A stretch of 63,193 nucleotides of DNA, filler included, from Basidiobolus ranarum (GCA_040143965.1; 19 parts of 19 records of this genome joined end to end with filler, not necessarily neighbours in it); one strand, 5' to 3'; numbered from the whole stretch's first letter, positions 11,040 through 24,354 are shown. Translations and numbers: made by a program. Notes: a model not told the origin generated them from the sequence alone.

Positions 11040-13261
11040 TCAAATTCACAGACACTAATCAGTTCAAAACCAAAAGGCACCATGATTCTAGCTCCCAAAT
11101 CCAAATCTTATCTAAAACACTTGCAAATCACCTAAAAAGTTTTATCGGATTATAAGCACCAAGCTAGCTGTTAAAGAAATGTCTACTGGTGGTATTACAA
11201 ACATTTTTGCACCCACAGAGAAGTTTGATGGTGAAGACTTTCACCTTTGGAAGTTCAAGATGCAAATGGTGATAGAATTCAACAACCTTTGAGAATTTGC
11301 TACAGGAGAAGAAATAGATTCAAGGGGTCTACCAGAAGCTATCCTTGCCTTTGACAAAAAGTAGAGCAAAGCTCTCTTCACACTTTGTCTACTGCTCAGA
11401 TACTCTCCATTGAGACACATGTATTCAGCCAATAGTGTCCAACACTGCTTGAGCAATAGTAGAGGGAGTATATGAAAATTAATATCTGGCCAATAGGCTA
11501 TCTCTTACACAAACATTATTCTCAAGTAAGATGAATTCTGATGATTCTATGGCTAGTCATATAAATCTTATAAAAACCTTGGCAGATCAGCTCTCATCCT
11601 CTGGGACACCTCTATATGAAGACAAATAAGTCATGACACTACTTGTGAGCCTTCCAGATAAGTTTGAGAACCCCATTTTTGCCCTGGAATCAAGATCATA
11701 GCCATTTTCAATGGATTATGTTGATGCAGGTCTTTTGAATGAGGAATTAAGGAGAGCTAATTCTCAGCAAAGTAATGAAGAGCAGACATTTTTTATAGCT
11801 GTAAAATAAGTGAGAGGCTTCAATAACAGTGCCTCCAAAAGTACATTATTCATCTGCAAATATTGCAAGAAACCAGGCCTTGTAATCAAAGATTGCTGAA
11901 AAAGGATTTTTGCAAAAAAGCTAAATTCAGAACAAGCAAATCAAGAAAGCACTGATAGAGTTCATTCATTCATATCTGCCCTATCAGTAACCACTCAGGA
12001 AGACTCAGAAGCATGGTACATTGACTCAGTAGCATCCCAACATATGTCCAACAAGAATGATTGGTTTTTGGCTTAAAAACCATCCTAACAAGGAAAGTCA
12101 ACTTAGGTAATGACTATGCACTAGATGCCGTTGGTGAGGGCCCAGTTATGCTCAAATAAGACCAAAATTCAGCTACACCATCTGCATAATTAGATGATGT
12201 ACTCTGTGTACCAAATATAGCCAAGATTCAACTCTCCGTATGCCAGGCAACAACTTGAGGACTAAACTTTGTGATCAGCAAGACTGGTTACATTATTACA
12301 GATCAGTATAATAACAAATTAGCTGCTAGAATCAAAATCAAAACTTTTACCAGCTAGAAATCAACAACTTGCAATTGGAGCATGCAAACCTTGCTAAAAC
12401 CATTGAAATAGGCTATCAACCATGGCATAGAATATTGCGCCACATCAGGGAACAAATATGACCCAAATGATCTGAAATTCAGGTTAGTTCAAGCCAAGAA
12501 ATTAAAAATATTGTTCAATTGGATTTGAGCAAAGGTTGCATATATGGAAAACATCACAGACAGCCAATTTCGGGCTCTGGAAATACCAAATGCACTCCAA
12601 ATTATGCCCCAACTCATTGTGACCTATGTGGCTCAATGAAAAATGTCTCACTAGGTGCTAAAAGTATTTTGTTGCCTTTACTGATGATATAACAAGATAT
12701 ACTTTGGTGTTGTTTCTCAAATTAAAATCTGAAGCCTTAGCTACAATCAAACACTAAAGAGCATTGGTAGAGAAAGAATCAGCACAAAAACTAAGAATAC
12801 TCAGGAGTGATAATGGTGGACAATACTGCTATAAAGACTTTGCTAGTTTCTGCTCTAAACATGGAGTGAAGCAACAAACTACTGTATCTTAGAGTCCACA
12901 GCAAAATGGAGTAGCAAAACAGGCTGATATGACCATTGAGCAGATGGCTGGATCAATAGTACATGATCAAAAGTTAGATTACCTATATTGGGCTAAATCT
13001 GTCTCCATTGCAATCTATATTGAAAACCAAAGCCCAATAATATTACAACAGGAACACTTCCAATGATGATATCTATGCCCATGCAGCATTCTGTGACAAG
13101 CCAGAGTCTCTAGATCAAGCTCAAGAGTGTCCAGAATCAGAAATTTGGGAAAAAGCAATGCCTGATGAGTTTGCTTCACTTCAGGACAGTAAAACATAGG
13201 TCTTAAATCCTCTGCCATTAGGTAGAAATCCAAGAGCTTGCAAATGAGTCTACAGAGTAAA
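11040..13261 (+). mobile_element. Copia family C: LTR end (11147), decayed PBS, decayed gag-protease-integrase and RT start
   Basis: EKFDGEDFHLWKFKM gag start, CKYCKKPG..IKDC knuckle, WYIDSVASQHM protease, and LRSDNGG and PQQNGVA integrase motifs. The LTR end and leader match the reverse complement of 16699-16830. Confidence 0.88.
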
Positions 13262-13361
13262 NNNNNNNNNNNNNNNNNNNNNNNNNNNNNNNNNNNNNNN
13301 NNNNNTTAATTAATTAANNNNNNNNNNNNNNNNNNNNNNNNNNNNNNNNNNNNNNNNNNNN

Positions 13362-13664
13362 CGTTCACCTTCATAGATAGGGAATTCAACAGTAGTTTGG
13401 TTATCGTGAGTGGTAGTGAAAACCTTCTTCTTGATGGTAGGGATGGAGGTGTTACGGGGAACAACAACAGCCATGACACCACCTTCCATCTCAACACCGA
13501 GGGAGAGAGGGACAACATCGAGGAGAAGAAGATCTTGGGTCTTCTCAGATCCGGAGGTGTTGGTCAAGACAGCGGCTTGAACAGCGGCACCATAAGCGAC
13601 AGCCTCATCAGGATTGATAGACTTGTTCAATTCCTTACCGTCGAAGAATTCTTGGAGAAGAGAT

Positions 13665-13696
<32 letters not shown>

Positions 13697-14162
13697 AAGA
13701 ACGATCTCATCAACTTCGCTCTTGGCGAACTTGGAGTCCTTAAGAACCTTTCTGACGGGCTCAACGGTGTTATCGAAGAGGGTGTTGTTCAATTCCTCGA
13801 ACTTAGCACGAGTAATGTTGGCTTGGTAATCGATACCTTGGTAGAGGGAGTCGATTTCGATGGTGGTTTGAGTCAAGGAAGACAAAGTTCTCTTGGCACG
13901 CTCACAAGCAGTTCTCAATCTACGGACGGCACGAGCATCATCAGAGATGTCTTGCTTGTGCTTACGCTTGAAATCTTGCTTGAAATGTTCAAGAAGAGTG
14001 TGATCGAAATCTTCACCACCGAGATGGGTATCACCAGCAGTGGCCTTAACAGCGAAGATACCACCGTTGATGGTAAGGAGGGAAACATCGAAGGTACCAC
14101 CACCCAAATCGAAAATGAGGACGTTCTTCTCAGATTGGTTCTTGGAGTCAAGACCGTAGGCG

Positions 14163-14194
<32 letters not shown>

Positions 14195-14713
14195 AAGAAC
14201 TTCGAGACCAGCAATGGAACCGGCATCCTTGGTAGCTTGACGTTGAGAGTCATTGAAGTAAGCGGGGACGGTAACAACGGCCTTTTGGACGCTCTTGCCC
14301 AACTTGGCTTCAGCAACTTCCTTCATCTTGATCAAGACCATGGAAGAGATCTCTTGGGGAGAGAATTCCTTGGTCTCACCTTGGTATTGAACTTGGACAT
14401 ATGGTTGATCATCTTTGTCAACAATGGTGAAAGGCCAGTTAGCCATATCCTTCTTGACAGATGGGTCATCGAAACGACGACCAATCAAACGCTTAGCATC
14501 GAAAACGGTGTTAGTGGGGTTCATAGCACCTTGATTCTTGGCGGCGTCACCAATAAGTCTCTCACTATCAGTGAAAGCGACATAGGAGGGAGTGGTACGG
14601 TTACCTTGCTCGTTAGCAATGATTTCGACACGTTCACCCTCCCAGACGGCAACACAGGAGTAAGTGGTACCGAGATCGATACCGATAGCACCTTGATATT
14701 GTTCAGTAGCCAT
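13362..14713 (-). CDS. SSB1: Ribosome-associated Hsp70 (SSB type), 3' end cut by contig edge; no intron in this part
   Basis: Starts [24 protein letters not shown]-like segments [27 protein letters not shown] and [18 protein letters not shown]. Strong codon bias. Confidence 0.93.
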
Positions 14714-16187
14714 AGTTGATAAATAAAGGAAGAGGTATGTAAAACTTCTTAAGAAGACACTGGTACTCGTTAACGAACCAAGGGTAAAGCCACCTATGAG
14801 AAGTAAATTTGTCTTATAAGCGAAAAATTCAATCTCCCCAACACCCAATCTTCTCACTCGGAAACGAAAAAAACCGGTGAAAAAAAAACTGAAAAAAATT
14901 CTTTTTGACTAACCTGGTGCTCTAGCGTCTCTGCTCTACCACGCACCTGATTGGTCAAAAAGCCATTCTTACAACTTCATAAATCCAGAATTGTATTTTA
15001 GATCGATTCAGAAATGAATTTTTTGAACTTGTCAAAGGTTTGGCAAGCTTCCAACCTTACTAGCATTCCTGTTTAATTCCAGCTGGATATTAACTTGGTG
15101 GCTTGGTTGTTAGGCAGTGGATGGTGGGCATTATGTGGACGTCTATATGTAGTTTTCTGGCTTCTCTTTCACTCTTATCCTCGCCCTACATAATATTTTT
15201 CACACTCTATATTGTGATACTTTAACAGGTGAGCCCAACTAAGGGCGGGAATGATTCCCTACTTTTGGGGGCGAGGTATCTTATCTGTCCGTCATTTCCC
15301 TTATGCTCCTTCCAGTACTCAAGTTGAACCTGATTGGCCAATAAGCAAACACATATTTGATCCATATTGTGTTTGGAAAGGGCTGATTTTTAATGTCGAA
15401 CTCACTGTGACATTCCGATTCAAAATTCATGAGTTGCTTTTGGGAGTGGGTTGGGTCCAGTATTCTACCTCCATATATCTTAGGGTTAGGGTTATCTTAA
15501 GGGGTTTCCAAAAGGTCTAGAGATTGAAAACCTTTTCTTTGTTAAGCATTTGGGTGACTACGCCAGAACACATTGTCAATATATACCACCTGGATAGGTG
15601 TTGTTCCATGCCTTTATATTATATTAGGCCTTGCCCGAGCGCACCAATTCATGTTCCGCCATTAACTGAGTTAGTGATACTCTTTATACCTATCAGGATC
15701 ATTCAAAGGTAAAATGGTATGAGTGATGAGGTAGTAGTCGATTAAGAGGTGGTTTTACGAGGTGGTCTTGACTACTTTCAATAGTTATTCCAATTGAAAG
15801 ATACAAAAATATCCTAAGAGCTTTTCAAACCTATTTTCAGCATCACGGAGATTACTCAAGTTTAGTTCCAAGTGACTTGTCAAGGTCCTCTCAACGAACA
15901 ATAGTAAGCAAGTACTGATATCTCTCTACATAGACTCAGAAAAACCACCAAATATTACTGTCTAAGCTAGTTTATTTATATTTCCTGAAATATTCAAAAC
16001 TACTTTTGAAAGTTACTTAGTTAATACGTTTTGTCACTACACACATCTAGCCAATAGTAATTATAACCTGGCATAGTATGCATACTTCCTGAGCTCTTAT
16101 ATTGTGAGTGACCAAAGTGTAGGGGGCTATGAAAATAATTTGACAATTATGTATACAATCATGAGAGCAAGCCAGCAATGCCAAAAT

Positions 16188-16598
16188 CTATTTGGCTACA
16201 TTTTTGGCAAAGCATGTTGGCTCAAGAGAATATTTGGGGAACTCGTAACCAGCTTCTTTCCAGGTTCTCGGGATGGGTGAGTTGTAAGCTTTAGGGTGAT
16301 CTTTGATATATTGAGCAGTAGGGTAGTCCGGTGGATCACAAGAAGTATTGATCTTGTCGGGAAGTTGATAGACACGTACATAATCAATCCACATTGAACT
16401 TGGGAAAGTCAGAGCCTCAAGGTCTACCGCGCCAAAAGCAGTTGACATAGCAACATTCATAACAATCGACATTGGCTCGGCGCTAACAAGTCTTTGGGCT
16501 GTTTTTGAACGTGGGTCAGGTCCAATTGCTCCAGCATCCATTCTCCATATCTCTTGATCGTTAATTCTCCAGATAATGTATCCTTCAGGTCCGGGTAC
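16188..16598 (-). CDS. KRE6/SKN1-like beta-glucan-synthesis-associated GH16 protein, C-terminal part
   Basis: EGYIIW...AIGPD...RLVSAEPMSIVMN...LTFPSSMWIDYVRVYQ...SCDPPDYPTAQYI..HPKAY is the SKN1/KRE6 C-terminal signature. Confidence 0.88.
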   Translation of the reverse strand, partial: VPGPEGYIIWRINDQEIWRMDAGAIGPDPRSKTAQRLVSAEPMSIVMNVAMSTAFGAVDLEALTFPSSMWIDYVRVYQLPDKINTSCDPPDYPTAQYIKDHPKAYNSPIPRTWKEAGYEFPKYSLEPTCFAKNVAK

Positions 16599-16698
16599 NN
16601 NNNNNNNNNNNNNNNNNNNNNNNNNNNNNNNNNNNNNNNNNNTTAATTAATTAANNNNNNNNNNNNNNNNNNNNNNNNNNNNNNNNNNNNNNNNNNNN

Positions 16699-17107
16699 AC
16701 GTTGGTAATAGTACTGGTAGACATTCCTTTAACAGCTAGCTTGGGGCTCATAGCCTGATAAAAGTGTATAGGGGATATGGAAGTGCTATGGACAAGATTT
16801 GGATTTGTGAATTAGTCACTTAAGTTTTATTGAATCAAATTTGTCCTATTTATAGTTTTCTATGAAAAACAACTACAGAATGTGCTTAGATTTTAACAAA
16901 TATGGCTGTTAAGCATGGTTGAAAATTTGAGGTGATTTGGAGAGATTTTGAGAAAACTGTGAAAATTGGTAAAAGTGATCTAACTAAAATTTCTATTAAT
17001 TAGGGCAATAAACATGCATTTTTGAATGACAGAATTGAGTGCTAAATAATCAGAGAAAGAATAAACTAACTACTAAATAATGAGTTGCTATTGAGCTAAT
17101 TTCAACA
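16699..17107 (-). mobile_element. Copia family C 5' LTR (16756-17107), PBS GGCTATGAGCCC (16744-16755) and gag start
   Basis: TG...CA LTR with an abutting PBS. The leader is nearly identical to 11160-11200. Confidence 0.88.
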
Positions 17108-17109
17108 GC

Positions 17110-17998
17110 ACTCAAGCCACTAGTAGGTGGAGTGCAAAAGTTGGATGTTTATCAAACATTGGGCAGCTCTTAACAAGCCCAAACACCATTAAATAATACT
17201 TCTGGCTCTTCAATGTGACCTGGTATTCTTCAAATTGTCTAAATTATCTCCAAACTTAAAAGCAAGCAAAAGGCCACACAAACACCAGAAAGCATACCAG
17301 GTAGTGTCATACTATAAGGATGTATAAGAATGGTAAAAGTGCATGAGCATGACTTTCAATAGCGCAAATGGAAAACATGGCTCAAGTATGCAGAAAGAGG
17401 CTTCAGGAGAAGAGCATTCATCATGATGTTCAGTCTAGTGTTGACTGCACAGATATCAAGGAAGAACTTATTGCAGAGTGGCATATGAATGCAGGATATC
17501 TGCCAGATAGCTGAAAGAATATTGATTCAGCAAGATTAATTTTATGGTGGGCATTGGTGGAAAAAATGGATATATACTTGTGTTAGATATGGACTAAACC
17601 TTGGGCAGGTAGTAATTGTGTAAACTTTGAGTCACATTTTTAACCATATGTTGATCCATAGTTTCTGAGATTTTATCCAACGATCTTCTACAATTTTGCA
17701 AGATGTTGAAGTTTCATTCTGTTATAGCTCCACCAGCAATTATCTAACTTTATAATTCTTGCATGATCAAAAAGCTCTAATTCAAGAAATTATGGACATG
17801 CATAAATTTTGTAAAAAAGAAAGTTTTGATTTGACTATGAGTGATCCATAATACAGGTTCTTTTTCTAGATCTACAAAAATAATGAAATATAGCAATATA
17901 AATAATTTTTGCTGCTTAATATGTGCAAGATAGTGATGGCATAGTTCCAACACAACAATGGTATTCTTACAGTTACAATCCTCAAATTTGTGTCAGGG
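17110..17998 (+). mobile_element. Diverged family D ORF2 3' part and terminus (TGTCAGGG), interrupted at ~17720-17952 by a family G repeat
   Basis: Similar to 31780-32589. The insert is similar to 23760-23995. Confidence 0.7.
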
Positions 17999-18719
17999 TT
18001 AAAAAAGCATCCATTCTTAGCAACTATATAGCAGGATATGGACAAAAAAGATATACTTTCAGTGGGGAACATACCAGAGTTATGAGAAATTTGGTATTGC
18101 AATACTTAAACTTTTTCAAAGACAAACATGAAGTTCCTGTATGAGCCTTTATCATGTTGTTGCTCAGACATTAGAAATACCTTGGTGTCAAGGAAAGGGT
18201 GGTCTTCAACAGGGAGGTGTGAGTTGACAGTGTTGGAAAACCTGATTGGAAGAAGTCTCTTGGAGTCAAAAAGGAAGAACAGGAATATTTATATGAAAGT
18301 CTAATTGTTTTCAAGCAAATATATTATCAGATTTAGTCAAAGGTGGCTAACAAATAAAGAACCAATAATGAAGTTGTTTTTGCACCAGCTGTAGCTGGAA
18401 CATCTTGCACAAATAAGTGGAGTTGGATATTTGAAGCATCCAAAAACAAGGAGCTCTTCTTAATGGATTGATCCTGAGATGATTCAAACTTGAGCTGCTA
18501 AATTTCAATTTTGCTTCAAAAATGGAGTTCAGTTGGTTTTTACATGCTAAAGTCAGGGATATGGCTTTTTTCTTACAAAACAAGAAGAAATAATAACAGC
18601 ATTTTGTAGCTGTTATTGTGCTTAGAGTATGCAGAAACCCATGAGCACATTGAACAGAGCCCTATGTTTCAAGGTTCATACAGTCTAGAGTGTCTTTACA
18701 CCATTGTATTGAACTGAGT

Positions 18720-19391
18720 GTTTAGGGGAGTTGCAAGTGTTTAGGACAAGATTTAGATCTGTGAATTAGTCATGTAATTTTTATTTAAATAAACAGGTCC
18801 AATTTATAGCCTACTATTGTTGCAGTATTAGGGAGCATGTTGGAAGAGGTTTGGAGAACTAGAAGAATTGGTGGTTTTCATTTATTGATATATTGGGTAG
18901 AAAGTTGGCATTTATAGATTATCAAGATGTAAACAAACTAACATGTAGATTGTATTAAAGAAGGTCTCAGGAACCTGTGTGCAAAGTTTGGGGCTTCTAG
19001 CATGAGTTTGAAAAATCAATATAAAAATATTCCAAGTAAATTCCAATTGATAATAATGGAAGATATCTTAGCTAAATAAAGGATAACTAAGTACTAAGCT
19101 CTATATTACTATATAGGGGTTTAGGCAATGCTAATTTCAACAACTATGAGATAAGACTATTGGACATGTTTAGACCATAATAAAGATGCATGTTAATCTT
19201 GGGTGAAAAATTGAGGTGATTTATAGGAGTTTTGAGAAAACAGTGAAAATTGGTACAAGTGTTCTAATTGATATTTCTATCATTTGGAGCAATAAACACA
19301 CATTTATGAAAGGAAGAACTGAGTGCTAGATAATCAGAATAAGAACAAACCAACTGCTAAATACTGAGCCACTATTTACCCAGTTCCAATA
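18720..19391 (-). repeat. Family C LTR copy interrupted by a solo LTR-A
   Basis: The two flanks (to 18817 and from 19148) join into a sequence similar to 16756-17107. Confidence 0.72.
18818..19142 (-). repeat. Solo LTR family A with perfect 5-bp TSD ACTAT
   Basis: ACTAT at 18813-18817 and 19143-19147, with TG...CA ends. Confidence 0.92.
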
Positions 19392-19419
19392 TTGTTACAC
19401 AACTATTGATTTTGTCTTT

Positions 19420-19932
19420 CTTTTACACCTAACTTATGTTACAGTAATTCAAATTGTACTTTAGCTAAATGTTTGTTTAAGATATCAGCAATCATTTCCC
19501 CCATAGGGCAATGATAAGTTTAATTCTATTATTTACTACTACTTCTCTAACAAAACTTTAATGTCTATATGTTTTTTCTAGCATGAATTTTGGGGTTTTT
19601 AGCTACTAAATTATGGCTTTGATTATCTTCAAATATACTGTTAGCACTTTTTTGCATGTACCCAAGTTTGTAAATAACTTCCTCAACCACATATCTTGTT
19701 GTGTAGTAGCAAAGGTAGCCATATACACTGCTTCCTTAGTGTAGAGTGTGATGGTTAGTTGCTTCTTACTATCTCAAGTTATGGCACTATTACCATTGAA
19801 AAAAGTGTACCCAATTTTCATCTTTCCTTGTTGAAGTTTCCACCCAGTTTGCATCACTGTAGCCTTTAAAACTTTTGTGCATCAGGAGAGTCAGAGTATT
19901 CCAGAACTAGAGCTACAGTTTTTCTCTAGTAC
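19420..19932 (-). mobile_element. Decayed Copia RNase H region
   Basis: GYSDANW, IFEDNQ, KFMLEKHIDI-like and MIADILNK remnants. Confidence 0.7.
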
Positions 19933-20032
19933 NNNNNNNNNNNNNNNNNNNNNNNNNNNNNNNNNNNNNNNNNNNNTTAATTAATTAANNNNNNNNNNNN
20001 NNNNNNNNNNNNNNNNNNNNNNNNNNNNNNNN

Positions 20033-20328
20033 AGAATACATCAAAGAGACTAGGGATTTTGAAGGTGACAAATTAGCACTCAAGTGCTAAATGTGTAAAA
20101 TTTGATTTGTGCTTTTTGCACATGTGCTTATCCAAAGTTCTCTGAGACTGTAGCCACTCATGCACTACTATTTTGCAAGATCTTGAAATTTCACTCCTGA
20201 AACTGATAAAATTGATTAGATTCAAATCTAACTTGATGATTTTATGATGGTAATTAAATGGTCAATCCCAAATGCATTAAAATTGTGACAGTTTTCCTAC
20301 AATAACAATCCTCAAAATTCTGTTAGGG
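20033..20328 (+). mobile_element. Family D terminal segment
   Basis: Ends CTGTTAGGG and matches the other copies. Confidence 0.85.
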
Positions 20329-21479
20329 AATTGTGGGAATTGTATATATCCATTACTTCTAGCTCTTGCACTTGTATAACATTAGGCCAGTGTAAATTTG
20401 GAATTGGGAGAAGGGGATACATGCTCAAGGTTTGGATTTGCTTAATTCACCACCAATGTTAGGGAACATCTATAAAATCTTGAAATGTTGTTAAGTACAA
20501 ACATCTCCCTTCATCTACAAGAGAGCAATGCCTTACATAGAGGATGCATAGTTTTCTAGTGAAAACTCATGGCCCTATTTTGACTCTTGAGTTAGATTTT
20601 AATGATGAAGGTGAGCTGCACTACCATACATGGATTGGCAAAATCTATCACATTGTTGGTAGCTTTCATTCTGCAAGAAATTTTGATGGTGAAATGGTAG
20701 CTTCTTGATGGTATTTTGATGGTCATCATACATGGTAAAATTTTGATCCTCACATATTTCATGGGTCATTTAGTTTCCATCAATTTCAGTGAAAAATAAT
20801 TTTCAAATGGCAAATTATTGGGTTTACTGCTATAGGAATTTGATTTATTACACAAGCCTTTTTAGGATATTTTAGGCTATGTGTTCCTATCACAATCAGA
20901 ATTAAAAAAAACAAGAATCTTGTTGTGTTTTAGTCTCTGCATATGCACATTCATGACTGATCAGACATAATTCAACAACATTAATATGCTCTATCAGAAA
21001 ACCAACAGTGGAAAAATTGCTAAATATCAGAAGGTTTAAATAGCATTGACACTAGGCAAATAGCTGATTCTTGTTGCCATTCCCAATGAGAAATAAGCTC
21101 TTAGATTTTGGCAAGTTTCCATAAAGAATTCAGCCAATATATCCTAAACTTGCAGCCAACAAATATCCTGGCCTAAGTAGATGTGTGATTGCAGAGTAGA
21201 TTACTGCATGGCTAAAGCAAGAATACTGCATATCATGGCCTATCTCACCAAGAAGTCTGTCTTGCAGCTTTCCTATTAATACCATCAGATTATCACATTT
21301 ACAAATTAGTCTGAATTATAGACATATTTATTCTGAGTCCATGGATTAGGTTTTGTTCATGTTATTGTTCTCAAACAGTGCAAAAGCCCATGAGCATGTT
21401 TAAAAGAACCCTTTGTTGGAAGCTTAATGTAGTCTAGAGCTCTGTAACCTGTTGTATTACACCCATCACTAATTTTGCT

Positions 21480-23150
21480 TATATACTGTTAGTCAGATTG
21501 GCATACAGTAAGACTGACAATTTCACAAGGAGCATCATTTCACCACAGGTGCACACCATTGGGAACTCCCAGAATGTATAGCAAGGGCCAGTATTTTCAA
21601 AGCATTGTGAAAGATGCAATAGGGAATGTCTTGATTACTGGTATAGATTCAGTCTATCTTCTTTAAACCTGTATTAAAGTTTTTATATCCAATTGCAAAA
21701 TCTTTGCATGCCTGCTGCATCAGCCTAACATCAGCCAATTTGAGTTGGTCCCATCAGAATATATTAACAATATCCACAAGCAACTCTCAATGTTGCCACT
21801 TCTTCTCAAGCAGAAATCTTTTCAAGACTCTACTTGAATGTATACAAATCTAATACTTCTAGTCTTTGCACTTGAATAAAGTCCTTCATGAGTGGATACT
21901 TATGGAAGTTGTGGTCAAATATCATGGTGTGTTGATGGTAAGAAGCATTTTCCCATTCAATGGAAACTTTGTTCCTATCTTTTATGGCTAATTCAGATTG
22001 ATTTTTTTGCTATGCAGCTGAGTAAATATTATTAGAATGTTGTTGAATAGCAGGTGCACAGTGCCTTATGGAAAGCTCTGGCTCCAGTTGATCCCCTTTA
22101 GCAATATAATCTCAGGCTTATGACTAATTCCAAGCTTGATGCTTGACTGACTATTTTGAGAATCAATATTACTGAGCATGTTAAAATTAGCCCAGGCTCT
22201 TGATGGTAAAATCATCAAGCTTAGTATTGTATTTGGATAGTAGCAATGCATATGCCTAGTATAGTTAACTCCATTGATTTGACAAAATCTAAAGCAAGAT
22301 GGTTCATTGTGTCTGCAAACACCTCCAAGTTTACTGATGCAAGGTGTGTGATCAATTCATATATTGATGTTAGCTTTAAAAAAAGTTTGCCCATCATAAC
22401 CTTATTGGATAGCTGTTCAAATTCTGCAATCAAAGGCTCCAAAAAGCTTTCTATAAGCATTGGTAGCTGGGGCCCAGATATGATGAATAGTATCAAAGTA
22501 TGATGACTTTGATGCTACTCAGAAGGAGGAAGATTAAGTAAATGAAAATTATTGGCCATCAAGCCTTTCCAATGATATATTTGTTTAGTGAGAAACCATC
22601 CTGAGCCAATGCAAATGCATGATCATATGTGCTTTCAGAGAGACCTTGACTCTTCAGATTCTGGTGGTGATATCCATCATGTATATTAGCAATACCATGA
22701 GCTTCATGGTAAGTACTTTGGTACCAGATCAATGATCTGTATTTAGGTGTTTTCACAAGTACTTTAAGATGGGGAATCAACAGAAAGTATGCCAAATATG
22801 AACAAAATTTACCTGTTTCAGTGATTGCCAATTGTGTGCAAGGAGTACACTTCAGGTTTCTCACATCATTAGTGAAAGCCAAACATTGATGTGGATATGA
22901 AGGTTGTTTAATTACTGAAGGATTATAAGTTATACAATTGACAAGTGCTTTCCACTTGTACCAGGCCTATGGCAAGCAACAGTTGCCAATCAACTATGTT
23001 AAAAGTATATGAAAACCAATAACACCTGTTGCTAAGATTGGATTGAACTCTCCACTCCTCAATAATTCCTTCTTGGTAGCAGAGTAATTCATTCAGCAGG
23101 CAGCAACCATCAGGCTTGGAAAGAAATCTAATGAAAAGTTTTTTGGTCTT
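21480..23150 (-). pseudogene. CACTA/EnSpm transposase, decayed, central and C-terminal part
   Basis: ALAQDGF, IISGP..P...FLEPLIAEF and LHL....GPCYTFWEFPM motifs. Similar to 3647-4925 and 30033-31399. Confidence 0.87.
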
Positions 23151-23366
23151 CATCCTGGTAAAGAACTATCTGCAACCCAACATTAGATGCATCAGTAGCA
23201 TCAAAGTAAGGGTTGGAAAAGTTACAATACAATAGAGTATGATTTTGGGTATCATAGTGCACAGTTNNNNNNNNNNNNNNNNNNNNNNNNNNNNNNNNNN
23301 NNNNNNNNNNTTAATTAATTAANNNNNNNNNNNNNNNNNNNNNNNNNNNNNNNNNNNNNNNNNNNN

Positions 23367-23995
23367 TTTCTAGTCACACAGTAGCCTGTAACTGCCTCTA
23401 GTAGTCTCTCTTGAGCTTCCTCTTCAAAGGTCTTGTAAGCAGTGATGAAAATAAGGGGTGATCACAAGTAGTAATTGCTAGTTGAAAACCAGGATTATTT
23501 TTATTTGAAAAGATATAGCTCCTATTTATACTTTTCTGGTTTTACATATGATTACTGATGAGAATTTCCGGATAGTTCCAGAGAATTTTATTGGTGGGGA
23601 TCTGGGGTTATGATATCATCATAAATCATAAGACTAGTAATTCTTGGAATGTTCTGGAAGACTGTAGAATAATGCAGAAAGTCATGGAATGTTCTGGCAA
23701 AATCAAGTTTTGATTGGTCAAAACTCAATCAATCATCAAATATTGGCAATTTTGAAATGGTTGTAGCTCCACCAATACTTACTCAATTCTCTTAATTCTT
23801 GTATGGTTGCAAAGCTCTAATTCATGAGTCTCTTATTGCAATTAGATTTACTGTAATAAGTGGAGTATTAATGAAACTATGAGCAATCAAATACTCTTGT
23901 TCTTTTTCTTGGTCTTTAAACATAATATAAGATAGCAATAGATAATATTCTTCCTACTTAGTATGTTCAAGATATTGTTGGAATATTTGCAACAC
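23367..23995. repeat. Family G repeat (LTR-like; right end ...GCAACA)
   Basis: 23367-23422 recurs inverted at 50002-50056, and 23760-23995 recurs at ~17720-17952. Confidence 0.55.
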
Positions 23996-24015
23996 TACAC
24001 TATATATATAGAAGA

Positions 24016-24354
24016 CTAGTAAAAGGGAATTATCTTGCCAATCACTAAGTAGATACTCTTGCCAGTATTGCTCTTTTGAAATTCTATGCTTCCTGAGAAG
24101 CATATATGTTGATATTCCAAGCTCTTGGAGATTGCTTCAAGCCATAATGCTGTTTGGAGTGTGCCAGCTTGTGTAGGTCTTTCTGAGATTGTAAACCCCT
24201 CTAGCTGACTAGCTTTGATCTCTCCAGAAAGCTCACCTTTACACATAGCTACTTTGATGACCGTTTGATGTACAAGTAAGTGACATTTGATAAAGAATGC
24301 CAAATGCATGCTAGTTAAACTACACTTTGGGAAGAAGCAAGCATTTTTAATCAT
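24016..24354 (-). mobile_element. Highly decayed Copia RT fragment
   Basis: HQTVIKVAMCKGELSGEIKASQLEGF resembles the HQMDVKTAFLNGEL.EEIYM.QPEGF consensus. Confidence 0.65.

Noticed and set aside
13397-14719. 440-aa ORF antisense to the Hsp70 gene
   Set aside because: Long antisense frames are a known by-product of codon bias in highly expressed Hsp70 genes. It mirrors the sense codons and has no independent support.
14714-14857. 48-aa N-terminal extension of Hsp70 in the ORF track
   Set aside because: Starts at a non-ATG codon. Homology begins at [15 protein letters not shown] (ATG 14713).
15480-15494. TTAGGGTTAGGGTTA telomere-like tract
   Set aside because: Only 2.5 units and internal to a contig, which is compatible with chance.
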